Source of the DNA: Tubiluchus corallicola
Lineage: Eukaryota; Animalia; Priapulida
Direction of reading: 5' to 3'
Assembly (NCBI GenBank): GCA_030141605.1
Contig: JAQGDQ010000323.1
Location: 205,443 to 269,442 of the forward strand
Length of the DNA stretch: 64,000 bases
This document shows positions 21,611 through 34,400 of the stretch, one piece after another. The notes beneath the pieces are model-generated. The model saw nothing but the letters and a program-made list of their open reading frames with translations, was not told where the DNA came from and did no database searches. The position numbers were made by a program, and so were the translations under genes. The stretch's first letter is position 1; every line of letters begins with the position of its first letter.

Positions 21611-22490
21611 GCTCATTCAAAACTATCAACACCAATCAAAACACGAGCTCATTTAAAACTATCAACACCAATCAAAACACGAGCTCATTCAAAACTATCA
21701 ACACCAATCAAAACACGAGCTCATTTAAAACTATCAACACCAATCAAAACACGAGCTCATTTAAAACTATCAACACCAATCAAAACACGAGCTCATTTAA
21801 AATATCAACACCAATCAAAACACGAGCTCATTCAAAACTATCAACACCAATCAAAACACGAGCTCATTCAAAACTATCAACACCAATCAAAACACGAGCT
21901 CATTCAAAACTATCGACACCAATCAAAACACGAGCTCATTCAAAACTATCAACACCAATCAAAACACGAGCTCATTTAAAATATCAACACCAATCAAAAC
22001 ACGAGCTCATTTAAAACTATCAACATCAATCAAAACACGAGCTCATTCAAAACTATCAACATCAATCAAAACACGAGCTCATTTAAAACTATCAACACCA
22101 ATCAAAACACGAGCTCATTCAAAACTATCAACATCAATCAAAACACGAGCTCATTCAAAACTATCAACATCAATCAAAACACGAGCTCATTTAAAACTAT
22201 CAACACCAATCAAAGCACGAGCTCATTTAAAACTATCAACACCAATCAAAACACGAGCTCATTTAAAACTATCAACAACAATCAAAACACGAGCTCATTC
22301 AAAACTATCAACATCAATCAAAACACGAGCTCATTTAAAACTATCAACACCAATCAAAACACGAGCTCATTTAAAACTATCAACAACAATCAAAACACGA
22401 GCTCATTCAAAATTATCAACGCCAATCAAAACACGAGCTCATTCAAAATTATCAACGCCAATCAAAACACGAGCTCATTCAAAACTATCA
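21611..22490. repeat. 36-bp minisatellite (~24 copies), GCTCATT(C/T)AAAACTATCAACACCAATCAAAACACGA
   Basis: Head-to-tail units with occasional 1-bp deletions; no unique spacers. Confidence 0.96.
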
Positions 22491-23081
22491 TTCAAGGCGA
22501 GAAACCTTTCACAACAGGTAGATCCTCCTCAAAGCAGAGCTTACAGCAAAGTATGCTTTGATGAGTATCGATCGTCACTATCCTCGCATTACTGGTACGA
22601 GTGCAAAATTAACATATGGCCAACGAAATTTTGCAAAATGGGCGTTTTATCACGTATGCATGCATAAATACCATAAAACATGTCTTCATTTTTCTCCTCG
22701 AATAAGACTGGTATTCAAAGTATTCACTGCAAAGTTTTTTTCTTGTGTTGTTGCAAGAGGGCAGAACTATCACAATGATGCATTTGTTTTTGATAGAAGA
22801 AACAAGTGCTAATAACTTCTTTATAATATTATCAGGTTTTAAAATATATAGTTATAATACAAGGCGTACAAAAAGTGCTTACATACAAAGTATGTAGTTG
22901 GAAGTGTATTCAGGAGCTTTGGAGAGAAAGTATCAGTTTTGAGGGCTCGGGCGATACGTTTTAGATGTCCATTTCAACATTCTCAGCCACCTTGTACCTA
23001 AATCAAGTTTGGTTTCCCATGAGATCACATTTACCGCGTTGCCTATAGGCCATACATAGCAGAACTTGGTGAGAGCTTGCT

Positions 23082-23835
23082 TCATTCTATTATTCCGGCA
23101 GTCTTCAAATGATGTCCTTGTCTGCACAGGTCTTCTAACACTTGCCAACCTAAATTCATTAGAGTTAAGATGATTATAAAGTTTGGTACAAAACTGATAG
23201 TTAAGATACTTTTATTGTAGAGTATGTTGATACTTTGATAATCAGTTTTTTGGTCTACGATGTATTTAATTAAATTAAATAGTTAATGTACTACAGTAGT
23301 TAACATCCTGATAATTTTAATTTTAATTCATAATAACATAATCTCCTTCTGTTTCACTACATTTTGTTATGTTTTCCTGAGGTTGTTAACCCTCGTAAAA
23401 GTCGTTCAGAAATACATTGACACGTAAAAATTCCAAACTATAATAATTTATTTCTTTAGTCATGCTTCTTATGAACTTTTTTATTAAAATAGTAAGTTTC
23501 TGGCTATCAATAGAGTGTTAAATTAATAAACGACAACGACGACGATGATTGACGACGACGACGACGACGACGACGTTGATGATGATAATGACAACAAGAG
23601 CAAATAATAGATCTTTTTGCCTACCCTTTTCAGGATTTTTGTGATATTTGGCTGTCCAGGCATCTAGTAATAAGTTACTGTAACGTTTTTCCTCAAAATA
23701 TTTCAGATATTTGTGAGATGCTGGACTAGGAAAGATGCGCTCGAAACCTCCACGCCTCTGATACTCGTCTTCTGCTTCTACCAGCTCACGTACGTCAGAT
23801 GGCGTCAAGTCATCCAAGATGGAGGCAATTGTTTC
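23082..23835 (-). pseudogene. Orphan 3' end (last two exons) of a TTLL4-like paralogue
   Basis: Exons 23835-23625 (211 nt, same length and phases as exon 13 of the + strand gene; [32 protein letters not shown]) and 23149-23082 (GWQVLEDLCRQGHHL..*). Splice sites are intact and there are no internal stops; no upstream exons were found. Confidence 0.75.
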
Positions 23836-25428
23836 CTGGAAAAATTGCTAAAATTAAGCTGAACATAAAACTGTATTTATGCAGAGAGCTTGAAATACAG
23901 TAGAAATGAGTGTAACAACAAGAAAACCAGAAATGGGATGTGTCTATTCCATATTTTGCTGATTGTCAATTGATCCAGGAACTTATTTTGAAGTTACCAA
24001 AGTCACCAAAGCTGGTACTGGTTTCCAAGACTTCTGCAAATACGGACCTTACAGATTATTGTGAGAGACATTTGTAATAATAACCGTGCATAAACTGTAC
24101 AATAGCCTTCTATTTTGTTGTCAGTAAAATTTAACAATAATTTAATTTTTACTATTTTACACTGTGGCACATGTACTAAGTGACGGTTTCCAGTTAAACA
24201 GAACCTTTCAGCTTTATATACTTTTTAACATATGCTCCATGAAAGTAATTGCCAGCAGCAAATCCTCTGGCCTGTCGTGGGCTGATGCTAACATTCAATA
24301 CAAAGTGTGTCACTAGTTCGTACCGACTACACGTGACCATTAAGGTCCTGAAGCAAAGCCCACTGTTTTGTTCGGCCAGTTTCCCAGCGCTTTCACAATG
24401 AGGAAGTGATAACAGTGAAGAAAGTTCACGATCAAGAAATCTTTGTGCAAAATGAGAGCTATGAAACTCGACCACGTTTCTTGAAACAGTTGAACGCGAT
24501 AAATGACAGACGACATAAAATTCAAAGTGCTCATATATAAAGGCTTCACTGTGTGTGCCTGTTTTGTTTCTATTTCACATTCAGCCGTTCTTACCAGGTA
24601 TTGTAGGCTTCTTCAATTGCTGCGGTAGCATTATCATAAATAGATACTAACTGTTATCATTATATCCATTAATTTGAACAAAAATCATGCAACGATGTAC
24701 ATTATATGTATGTAAAATGTATGTTGCTGGAATGATACACTATTGGTGTGAAATAAATAAACTGAATTTAATTTAATTACAAGTATTTTTATGCTTTATG
24801 TGTGATTACAAGTTGTAGGAGTGCATAGTGCTATAAAAAAAGAAAGCCAAAACATAATTAATACAAAAAAGAACTGATAATAATGATAATAAATTTCAAA
24901 TTTATCCAAATCTCAATTATCCTGTATGGCAGAGGAGGAAGTCTAACATTTACAAGCAAGACATTTTTCACAAAAATAGTAAGTAGAAGCAATAAATTAA
25001 TAATATTGTGCAAAAGAAATTACACTAATCTAGTTAAATTCTGACATATAATACTAGCAAACTTCGCCAAATTATTTAATTCTTTTGTACTGGTAGCTGA
25101 GAAACGCATGTATAGGCATTTAACAAGTATTTCTTAATTTGTATCGTATGTGCTGTGTGTCGCTAACCAAGCTATAAAGTGGTCACTTTGGAGTCAATGA
25201 GATTAAGCGTGTGCAAGTGCAACTATCCCCGAGGGCCGTTGGACAACAATGAGTTTCTGGTCGTTGTGCTCAAAACAGAGGTTTATTATACAACGTGTAA
25301 AGGGTTATCTTGGAGCAATACAGGTTCGTGAGCAAAGCAGGCATTCTAACTCTATTCTAGTCAGCGGTGATTCTAGAGAAAGGGTTTGATATACGCTTGG
25401 TTCTTTCTGTTTCCATAACAAAATAATT

Positions 25429-28400
25429 ATGATGCATAGGTGCTGCGCTGCTGCCACAGGTGTACTTCTTGTTGCTGCTTATTTTGCAGGTAAATGAAAC
25501 AAAAATCAATTTCGTATTTGTTATTTTGTTTTGTTTTTATTTATTATTTGCAAATTTTATATAAATAATTATTGCGTTCTTGTAACTTTTGTTCATGTAA
25601 TATTATTTTGTTCTTGCAATGCGCAATGCTTACAATAAAGTCTTTACTAAGCTACTTCCTTACTTTACATAATAAACCATTTTACGTAGACAGAACTTCA
25701 ATTTTAAAGGAAAACTGTACCAAGTTTTAGAAAACAGTGTAAATTTAAAAATATTCTTAACATGAAAGTATTATTACCCCAGAAGCTTAATTTTTGACCT
25801 CAGAATTGTCTGGTTTTGAAAATATTATAAGAAACTAGTTAAGCTACACTGTCTAACGTAATGTGTTTAGTAAAATAAATTTGATGCTAATATTAAGTCT
25901 ATACAGACACACATCACTTGCATAAGGACAAGAAACTGATTTACTGTTAGCAGTAGGTCTACTGATCAATTTGGTCGGGATTTGCCATTCATTAAAGCCA
26001 GAGCCTTTTAGTACAAACTCGTAGTTATTTAAACTTTGATAAGAAACTCGAAAGGCAGAAGACGTAAAAAGTTTGAATACAACCTGGACTTGAACCAGGG
26101 ATCTTATGCTTACACTGTAGACACGTTTGACCGCTAGGCCATTGTATTGTCCAGTACTCAAGGCAGTTCAAGATTCATCCTTATTGCTGGCCAACCAAAT
26201 TCAGCATTTCCAATATTAGATCGAGCGCGCTAAAGCGATTCTAATCAAGTAGATTATTTTTGAGCCTGTGATTAGTGCCATGTAATTTCTTACAATTTAT
26301 CTAGCAATGCGGATATTAAAAATCAAACTCATCTATTCTACGCTCGCATTAACTCATTAATTGGAAAATTCTCGTTGTGTTTCCTCGATGTTAAAAAGGT
26401 ACATCTTTTTAAGAGTTATTGCTGAAATTTTTATTGTATGTCATTATAAACGAAATTTGACAAAATACGCATTGCATATGATAATGGCATCTGGAAGCTG
26501 TTTAAATGATTGTAGTGCTTCTGGCACCTGTGTAAATTTATCATGGCTACATCTTTCGCACTTTGATTGGAAAGCCTGTTATAGTATAAAAAACGATTAC
26601 TAGAACTTGTGAACAACGAGCGTCTGCTAGCTATTGTCAACTCTGTACGATTCATACGATCTCGTTATTTTAAGATGTGGAACAACAGACTGTTTGCAAA
26701 CAATAATCATAATAACATGGTAGATACGAACGTAAATTTACCGTATGTATTGTATATAGTAGTATCTTTATTGCAGCTTTTATTGCAGTATTTAATGTAG
26801 TGTGATGTAAAATGTAGTGTTTTTACATGCTTTAATAAAGTAATTAACCTAATCTAATCTAATGAGCAATCTGTTTCAGGATTCGCAGGAACCGGTTATC
26901 AAGACGTGTTTAGCTTGTCGTTTGCCTAATATAATTTTCCACTGCGAATATTTATTGTAGTCTCAACTAATGACCACATGCTGCATTATTCTCAACTAAG
27001 CTATTTTACTAGAGCCTGACAGAGTGACCATTTGGGAGGTGGTTAGAGACGAGGTGGGATTGTGGGTAGTTGAGGTCATTACTTATGCACTGATGACGAA
27101 GATATGTATTATTTCTTGTTGCACGACAAATCACCTATTTGTTCAATCAGACCTTTACTCTCCCAATCAATTTGTAAAAACTTGGTTATGAGACTTTTTT
27201 TTATTTGTGCATGAGTCTGGTAAATCAGTCATTCGGTGAGTGGTTAATTGCATTGAAAATCTACATCTTTTTTGACGTATTGTTTATATGTTTCAGAGGC
27301 GTCTATTGGAATTCAGACAATAGAAGCTTCACATTCACGATGGAATAATTCACAGTTACAAGAATGTCCTCGAGTTATCCCAGCACTCACACCTAGTCTG
27401 TTCTCAAATGTTGCACCTGTAATCAACTTTGGATTACCTGGACAAATTGGTATGTTGTGTAAAACTATTATGAACATGCAAATAGAATATATAATGTGCG
27501 ATAGAATGCACTTACATGCCAAATTAAATTAGAAACAAAATAAAAATTTTTTTGTTTTTTTAGCAGAATTCAGATCATTTCTTGAATTTGATTTGCAACA
27601 GCTTGCGAGCACTTGTCTTTTTGCGCTTGTAAAATTGTTCCAAATTTGTTCATCTAGAATTTTGTGCAAATATTTACGCAAAAAACATTTCTGTTGTTGT
27701 GAAATAAATATTATTCACGAAAAGGGTCGATCCAGTCACATTTACTTAAAAAGAACTTGAAGGTTTAAAAATGAATAGCTGAGCAGTGGCGGTGTGTGCT
27801 TAGCTACAAAAGTTAAACCGTGCCAAGCCTAGTTAGTAAACAGATGAGGGACTAACGGGGTATGCTTCCAATCGTTTGCATATACTACCTTCAGTCTACT
27901 TCTGTTTTGAGGGAGGTTATATACATCCTACTTTGACTTGATTTCTCTCAGAGAATATGTCCTTGATAACAAACTAAGTTCTGGTCCTGGTACCACAAGG
28001 ATTTACAGCTTAAGCAGGCCATGTGCTCTAATGTAATTGCATATACATCGCAAAACATCTGACTGAACCATATCAAAACCATGATTCTGGTTTTAAGAGG
28101 TTCTAAAAATTTACTACCCTGATGTTTTAAAAGTTGCAGAGTGTGTCAGACGACTGCTTGTGAAAAGTGAATTCTGGGTAGATTTTTAGGGAGTCTGTCG
28201 GGAGAATTCCTGTATTCATTGCATGGCAGAGCTCAATTGATCTTAGTAAATTCATGGTTTATACAAGAATAAATGCTGCAGAACACAATCATCCTGTGCT
28301 GTGCTGCAGAACACAATCGTCCTGTGCTGTGCTGCAGAACACAATCGTACTGTGCTGTGCTGCAGAACACAATCATCCTGTGCTGTGCTGCAGTTATTCT

Positions 28401-31400
28401 AGTTTATATAATGAATTCACTAAACTCAAGGCAATTCTATTGAGGAATGGAGACTTTCATACCATTAATTCACTTTTTCTAGTGCAAGCTTTACCAAGGT
28501 ACATTGCAAAGAAGCTACAATGGAAACTGAAAGGGCACCGTTGGGCAATTATAATCGAAATGCTTGAGCGGTCAAACGCCTTCGTGACAGGTAAGCATAC
28601 AAGCCATGCCACCATAACTAACTCCACTACTACCACCGTTAAAAGCAACAACAGCAACCATATCTGCTACTATGCCGCAGACTGTGACAGCTCTGTCACT
28701 AGCAGCACCAATGGGGCAGCAGAAGCAGGAACGACGACAATGACGACGACGATAAAAATGACAACAACAACGAATGTGCAGTTTGCGAAAGGCAATAGTT
28801 CATAAATGCCTAAATACCCATTGCAGCTTTGCAAAGCAAGAGTGCAAACCACTAATCTTGCAGGAGGTACCGCAATGTCAGGGAACCTCCAATAATACAC
28901 AGTCATATCTTGCTAGAGGTGCCACAAATCTTTATGGACAGTCCGTTTTCTCACTGTTTCTCGTGTTTTTGGCACCCCCAGCAAGTTAACAAGATATAGC
29001 CAAGAACCACATGAAGCTAAATAGATTTGCACAGTGTCGGATTTGAATTTTGTACGCCCTGGGCTACCAGTACTGTATGGCCCCGGCCCCCAGTGACAAT
29101 TATCAAAAGCACGAATGTTGAATTCTCCAAATCAGTTTCTTCAACTTCTACGACATAATGCCAACATTAGGCCTAAGATGACACTTAGATGGCCTAACAC
29201 AGCAAAAAGGAAAGAGATGTTCTGCCTGATATTATCTGTCTATATTATTTGACAATATCTGACAATATCTGTCTGATGGTTACAAAACTAAAATAAGTTT
29301 TTGAAATAATAAATATAATGTAAATACAATATGTACAAATTACAATAAATTGAAATCTTGTCAGAGGAAATGTGACCTCAATTGCTACAAAATTGCGTCA
29401 TCGTGCCTGGATGCCATGGTGGCAGGACCAGTGAGTAGGAACAATGGACAAGAAAACAATTCCAGTGCATTATTCCGCATACTTCTACTCTCATCCTGTA
29501 GTAACTTTTCACAGTAAATTAATTTCACTTAATCTGTGGAGGGACCTCATCTGGCGGAGGTCCCTGCACAGCCTGCAGCCCATAAAGCTCAGGATTTGCA
29601 GCAAGGAAAACGACAAAGTGTATTGTGCATCACGAAGGATATTGAAAACGACAGAAAAATGCAGAACACAGATTATATGTAAATAACCAAAGCCATAGGT
29701 TTTGTAGACTCCATAGGCTAGGTTTCTAAAGTATACTACCAAATTTATACAATATGATACTATTATAAAGACCTCTGTGAATCATAATTCTTCAATCTTA
29801 ATATGACGCTACATTCTATGAAAGTACATACAGTAGGCAAATGATATTGTAAACTACAGATACTATAGTCTGGCACAGATTAGTTCAGACAGAAATTACC
29901 ATTTACTTCCAGCAGTGAAGCTAACTTAAATCGCTGAAACTGTCTTTAATAGGTAAGCTAATATGGAATAAAATCAAACTAAATAATCTCAATTAAAAAA
30001 TAGAAAACTACAACTGTACGTGTTTTAAATTAACTCATACTTAGTTTTCATGTTCCAAATTTCGTATCTTATCTCTGAGAATACTGTCGGTAAATCATCT
30101 GATTTTACTTTGTTGCTTTACTCGTTTGTGAAGTAACTTTATCAATTTCGCTGTCTCGTTCTTCTTGTTGTCCACATAATAAGTTTTTAGCCAGTTTTTA
30201 TATTGCGATATTACAATAGAGTTACTGTAAAATTTTATAAAGAAAACGGATGCATTACAACGGTAAATTGTCATTGTGCATTAAATGACATATTCACCAA
30301 AAAACGGTTACTACGACAACGAAAAATAGCGTTCCAAATAGTACATCCAGACAGATGGGCAGACCAAAACTCAATAAGCAGTTACAATTCCGGATAGTAT
30401 AACTTACTTTCGACGAAGACAATTTGTTGGAATTTAGTGTTTAATGAATCAATATTAATTATTTTACCAATAAACAACTTTGTTAAGGCTAGTACACATA
30501 CTTTTATCACGAATGGGACATCCAGACTTTTACAGAATGGGGTGTTCTATAGCCCACTTTATTCTGTAACATAGATGATGAAAATTATAATCGTTGAAGA
30601 AAATTCAACTTTGTGTAAAATGTTGCGCGATTTATCCGTAATGGCCAACCTACAGTTTGCAAAATTGAATGTAATGCTACAAAGATGACTACAATGAGTT
30701 CCAAACTCTTACTAAGTTCTGATGTTAGTTCTGAAGATGGTCGTTTTATTTGGTTGTTGTTTTTATTTTGTTTACTATATTCGCCTTGCATGCCACCAGC
30801 GCCGAATTATGACCCTTTAGGGTCCCTAGACTAATGAAATAAAGGTACCCTCTTAGACGAAGCCACTTTCTAACTCGCCCGCACCCGTCTTGAACGTTGT
30901 TTACTTGTGAAATGTGTTTATGCGATATTTACGCAGTTTGAAGTAAACTTATTACAAATTCCTTAAACAAACTACAATAGCTATCTTTTGTTTGTCAATA
31001 AAAATATACTATTTATTGCAAATCAAATTAGTACAACACAACCGTAGTGAAAAAGAGACTTTTTTATCAAATGTTACCAAAGCTTGAGGGCGTCCAAACT
31101 TGAGATGCCCCAAACTGTAGCCTATACTAGCTTACAGGAAAATACAGCCCTACCTGCTACAATTGTTGTTTGTTGACTTTTGTGTGCCAAATAAATACTC
31201 TGGTTTGCAGATTCGGAAGACAAAATGTGGCTTGGCTGTTTCTGTCAATTACGAATCGAATTTGGCGAGCTTCAGCCATATCAGAAGGTGAGTTCATAAC
31301 CTGACAAGATTGTGTAATCCAATACCCAATGCCAAAGCAATGCTCAATTAGAAATTAAAAAAATGTACCTTCGCTGGGACTCGAATCCAGACCTTTTGCT

Positions 31401-34400
31401 TTCCGGGTAGCTATGGTAGCCACTACACCGCAGGGGCTCACTGATTTTCATACTCAGAAATTTACTTATAAGCTGTTATAGGTCTATCAATGGAGAGTTA
31501 CTGTCCATACTGTATCAAAACACATCAAAAGACCAACCCAATAAGTGCATGAAAGCAATATTAAATTAGACGGCCTGAAAAACTTTTACCTTGTGTTGGA
31601 CTCGAACCAAAGTCTTCTGCTTTCCGGACAGCTACGTTAACTTCTAGGCTTTTCCCTCTCGGTGGAGGATTTCAACAGCTGGCAAGCCACATCTGCCAGA
31701 TCAGCATCGCGTTTTAGAAACATATCTTTCATCTAGTTATGCCAAGAAGGCCGGTTGCTCCAGTTCTGGATTGATCCCGTTTTCCAGAGTGCGGAAGCAT
31801 AAACGTGTAAAAAAGTTACAAGATCTTATTGAAAATTAGAAACGGTGGGGTTTATCGAGTTTTTGTTTTGAACCCATTCTGCTAAGGCTCAAAAAAGTTC
31901 ATAATCCAAAAATAAAACGTAGAATACAATTAGCTTCTGTTTTTTCTGGCGTAAGTTGGATTCATGATCTTTCTGTTGGTAACGAAATTTGGGAAGAAAC
32001 GGGATGGTTTTTGTATTTCAGCACAATCACTTTCCCGGATCAGGAAAAGAAACGTGCCGGAAGGACAGTTTCTGGAGGAACATCAAATTTCTAATTTCCA
32101 AATATGGAATAGAAGATTTTAGCTTCGTACCTCTTACGTTTATCCTACCAGCAGAGAAGAAGGCATTCCAAAGATATTTGGAAGAGAATCCTAAAGAAAG
32201 ACAGTGGATTTATAAACCGGTATTCAGAACTTTTATAATTTTGTTTTTTTCGAAATAATTATTATTAAGTCTATGATACACCGAAGCTTCGAGCGTCTGG
32301 TGTCTCGAAGTGTTTCAACGTCAATTGTCAATGCGAGATTAAACCAAAGATCTTGAAAACGGACCCTGGAAACCAGACGCTGGATGTTCTTTTGTTTTTA
32401 GCGTCTGGGGTCCAGCGTTTGTTCCTCAAACAGCAAATGACGATTGCGTCGGAAACTTTGTCCGTTTCTGTCAAATGTATCAAAAAGAAAAGCATTGCAA
32501 AAATAAGTCTGATCTATCGTCCATTTGGTTTTTCTGTGACGGACATATGATTGGACGCCGGAAACTTTGTTGTTAATTTGCTACTCAGTCAGCGCTGGAT
32601 GCTGGACGCTATATCGTAGGCTTTATACACCTTACACAGACCAATGATGTTACCTTTCATTTATTATGATTTGAATGCAGAACGTACGGATGTACAAATA
32701 GAATTTAAAAGACAAGCTAATAAAAATGTGAAATGAAACCCTTTAACATCTTTTGTTTAATACTGTAAGCCTAAGACTACTTTATTTTAGGTTGACGGTT
32801 TTGGAGGCAAAGGAATTGGTGTCATCAGCAACTGGGACCAGCTACCGAACAAACGTAAAAAGCTCGTCGTGCAAAGGTGAGGTTCCGCGCACGTCATTTC
32901 ACATCTTTGGCCCAAGTACGGTCCAACTCTAAGTAACCATTGGTGCAGGAATTTTGTCGAGAGTAGTACATTGTGCAGGTAGAAACTTACAGAAGGAATA
33001 CAAAATAGCATAAGAAAAATAAACAAGGTATAAATAAACACATTTTTATGCTATTCTAAGATGCGACATTTTTAAGGGTAGTGTGTTCTGATGGACCAGT
33101 CACAATGTTTTTTAACTATTATCCAGATGACAGTATAAGACCATACAGAGTAAATTTTTAATACTTATATGCCTACATCATTGTGCAGCCTTACCATTAC
33201 CATGTACAAATTTGTATAAATATAAGTTTTTTGAGGGTTGTTCCACAAATAGGCCTGTATCGCCCACAAAGCTCTTCAGTAAAAAGGCCCCCCAGGCATT
33301 GTTGGCAACCTGAGATACGTATCTTCGCAAAATGCATTGGGAAAATTTGCTCTCCTGAATTTTGAGGGTCTGGCTCACGAACTAGGATGTTAATGAACCG
33401 GTTAACAAGAAAAGCCCAAAGATTTGAGATATGGGACGTTTTGTAAAATGTTGCTTTTGCGTAAATCTGTGTCAAAATATCACAATTTGAGCGGCTTCTT
33501 AACTCGTATATTTTCTGGAGTCTTCTACACGTTCCTAATGCTGGCTCAACATATTGCTATAATATCTGTTAAATCAGTGAAAAGATAATCCATTTTAAGC
33601 AATCAACTTTGACTTCAAGCTAACTTAATTTTTAAAAAAATATTAATTTTGTCATTTGTGTTTTTGATCTGTTTTATACCGTTTTGGAATCGCTCAACAG
33701 ACAATTTGGGCCCCATTCTAAGATAAATCTAGTTACGGGCTTTCCGGCCATTAGTAAATATTTAATTGAAAGAAATCCAATAGTAAGTGGCATTCATTCA
33801 GTAATCACAAGTAATCACTTTCCATACCTTGACCACATAAATTAATATTTTAAATGCCACTGGTACCACCATTTTTTATGTAAGTTACATATAACAAAAC
33901 ATATTTCAGATACATAGAGAACCCATACCTTATTGAGGGATTCAAATTTCACATTAGAGTCTACGTCTGTGTCACGTCAGTTGAACCGCTGAGGATCTAT
34001 CTCCACGAGGAAGGGATGACCCGTTTTGCTAGCGAAAGGTAAGTATTGAGGAAGAACCTTTATTAAACGTTGAATATTAACCACTAGATGTCACTTATAG
34101 AATTTCGCGCTGAAGTAGTGCCACTTGCTGCCGCCCAACACTTGTTTTGGTTATTATTGTAATTGCCATTATTCGGAATAAACACGTTTAAGATTTCTTT
34201 GGGGAATGTGTTACGAATTCTCTATTTTTTCAAACTTTTACACAATGTTATCTTTGGCCATTACTTGACTGATAACCTAACTGATGATACTGATACCTTG
34301 AATCAGCCAAGATTATTTTACATAAGAGCCGATGTATTATTAGGAGATTTGGTTACTGTTCTGCACATGTCAAAGAGGTACTGTTCCGATCATACTGTAC

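Noticed and set aside
21611-22490. 36-bp repeat array as a CRISPR or a coding repeat (ORF 21590-21979)
   Set aside because: Units are contiguous with no unique spacers and no cas genes nearby; 1-bp deletions break the frame.
31366-31436. tRNA gene
   Set aside because: A and B boxes are present but the stems do not form a proper cloverleaf, and a second degenerate copy lies nearby.
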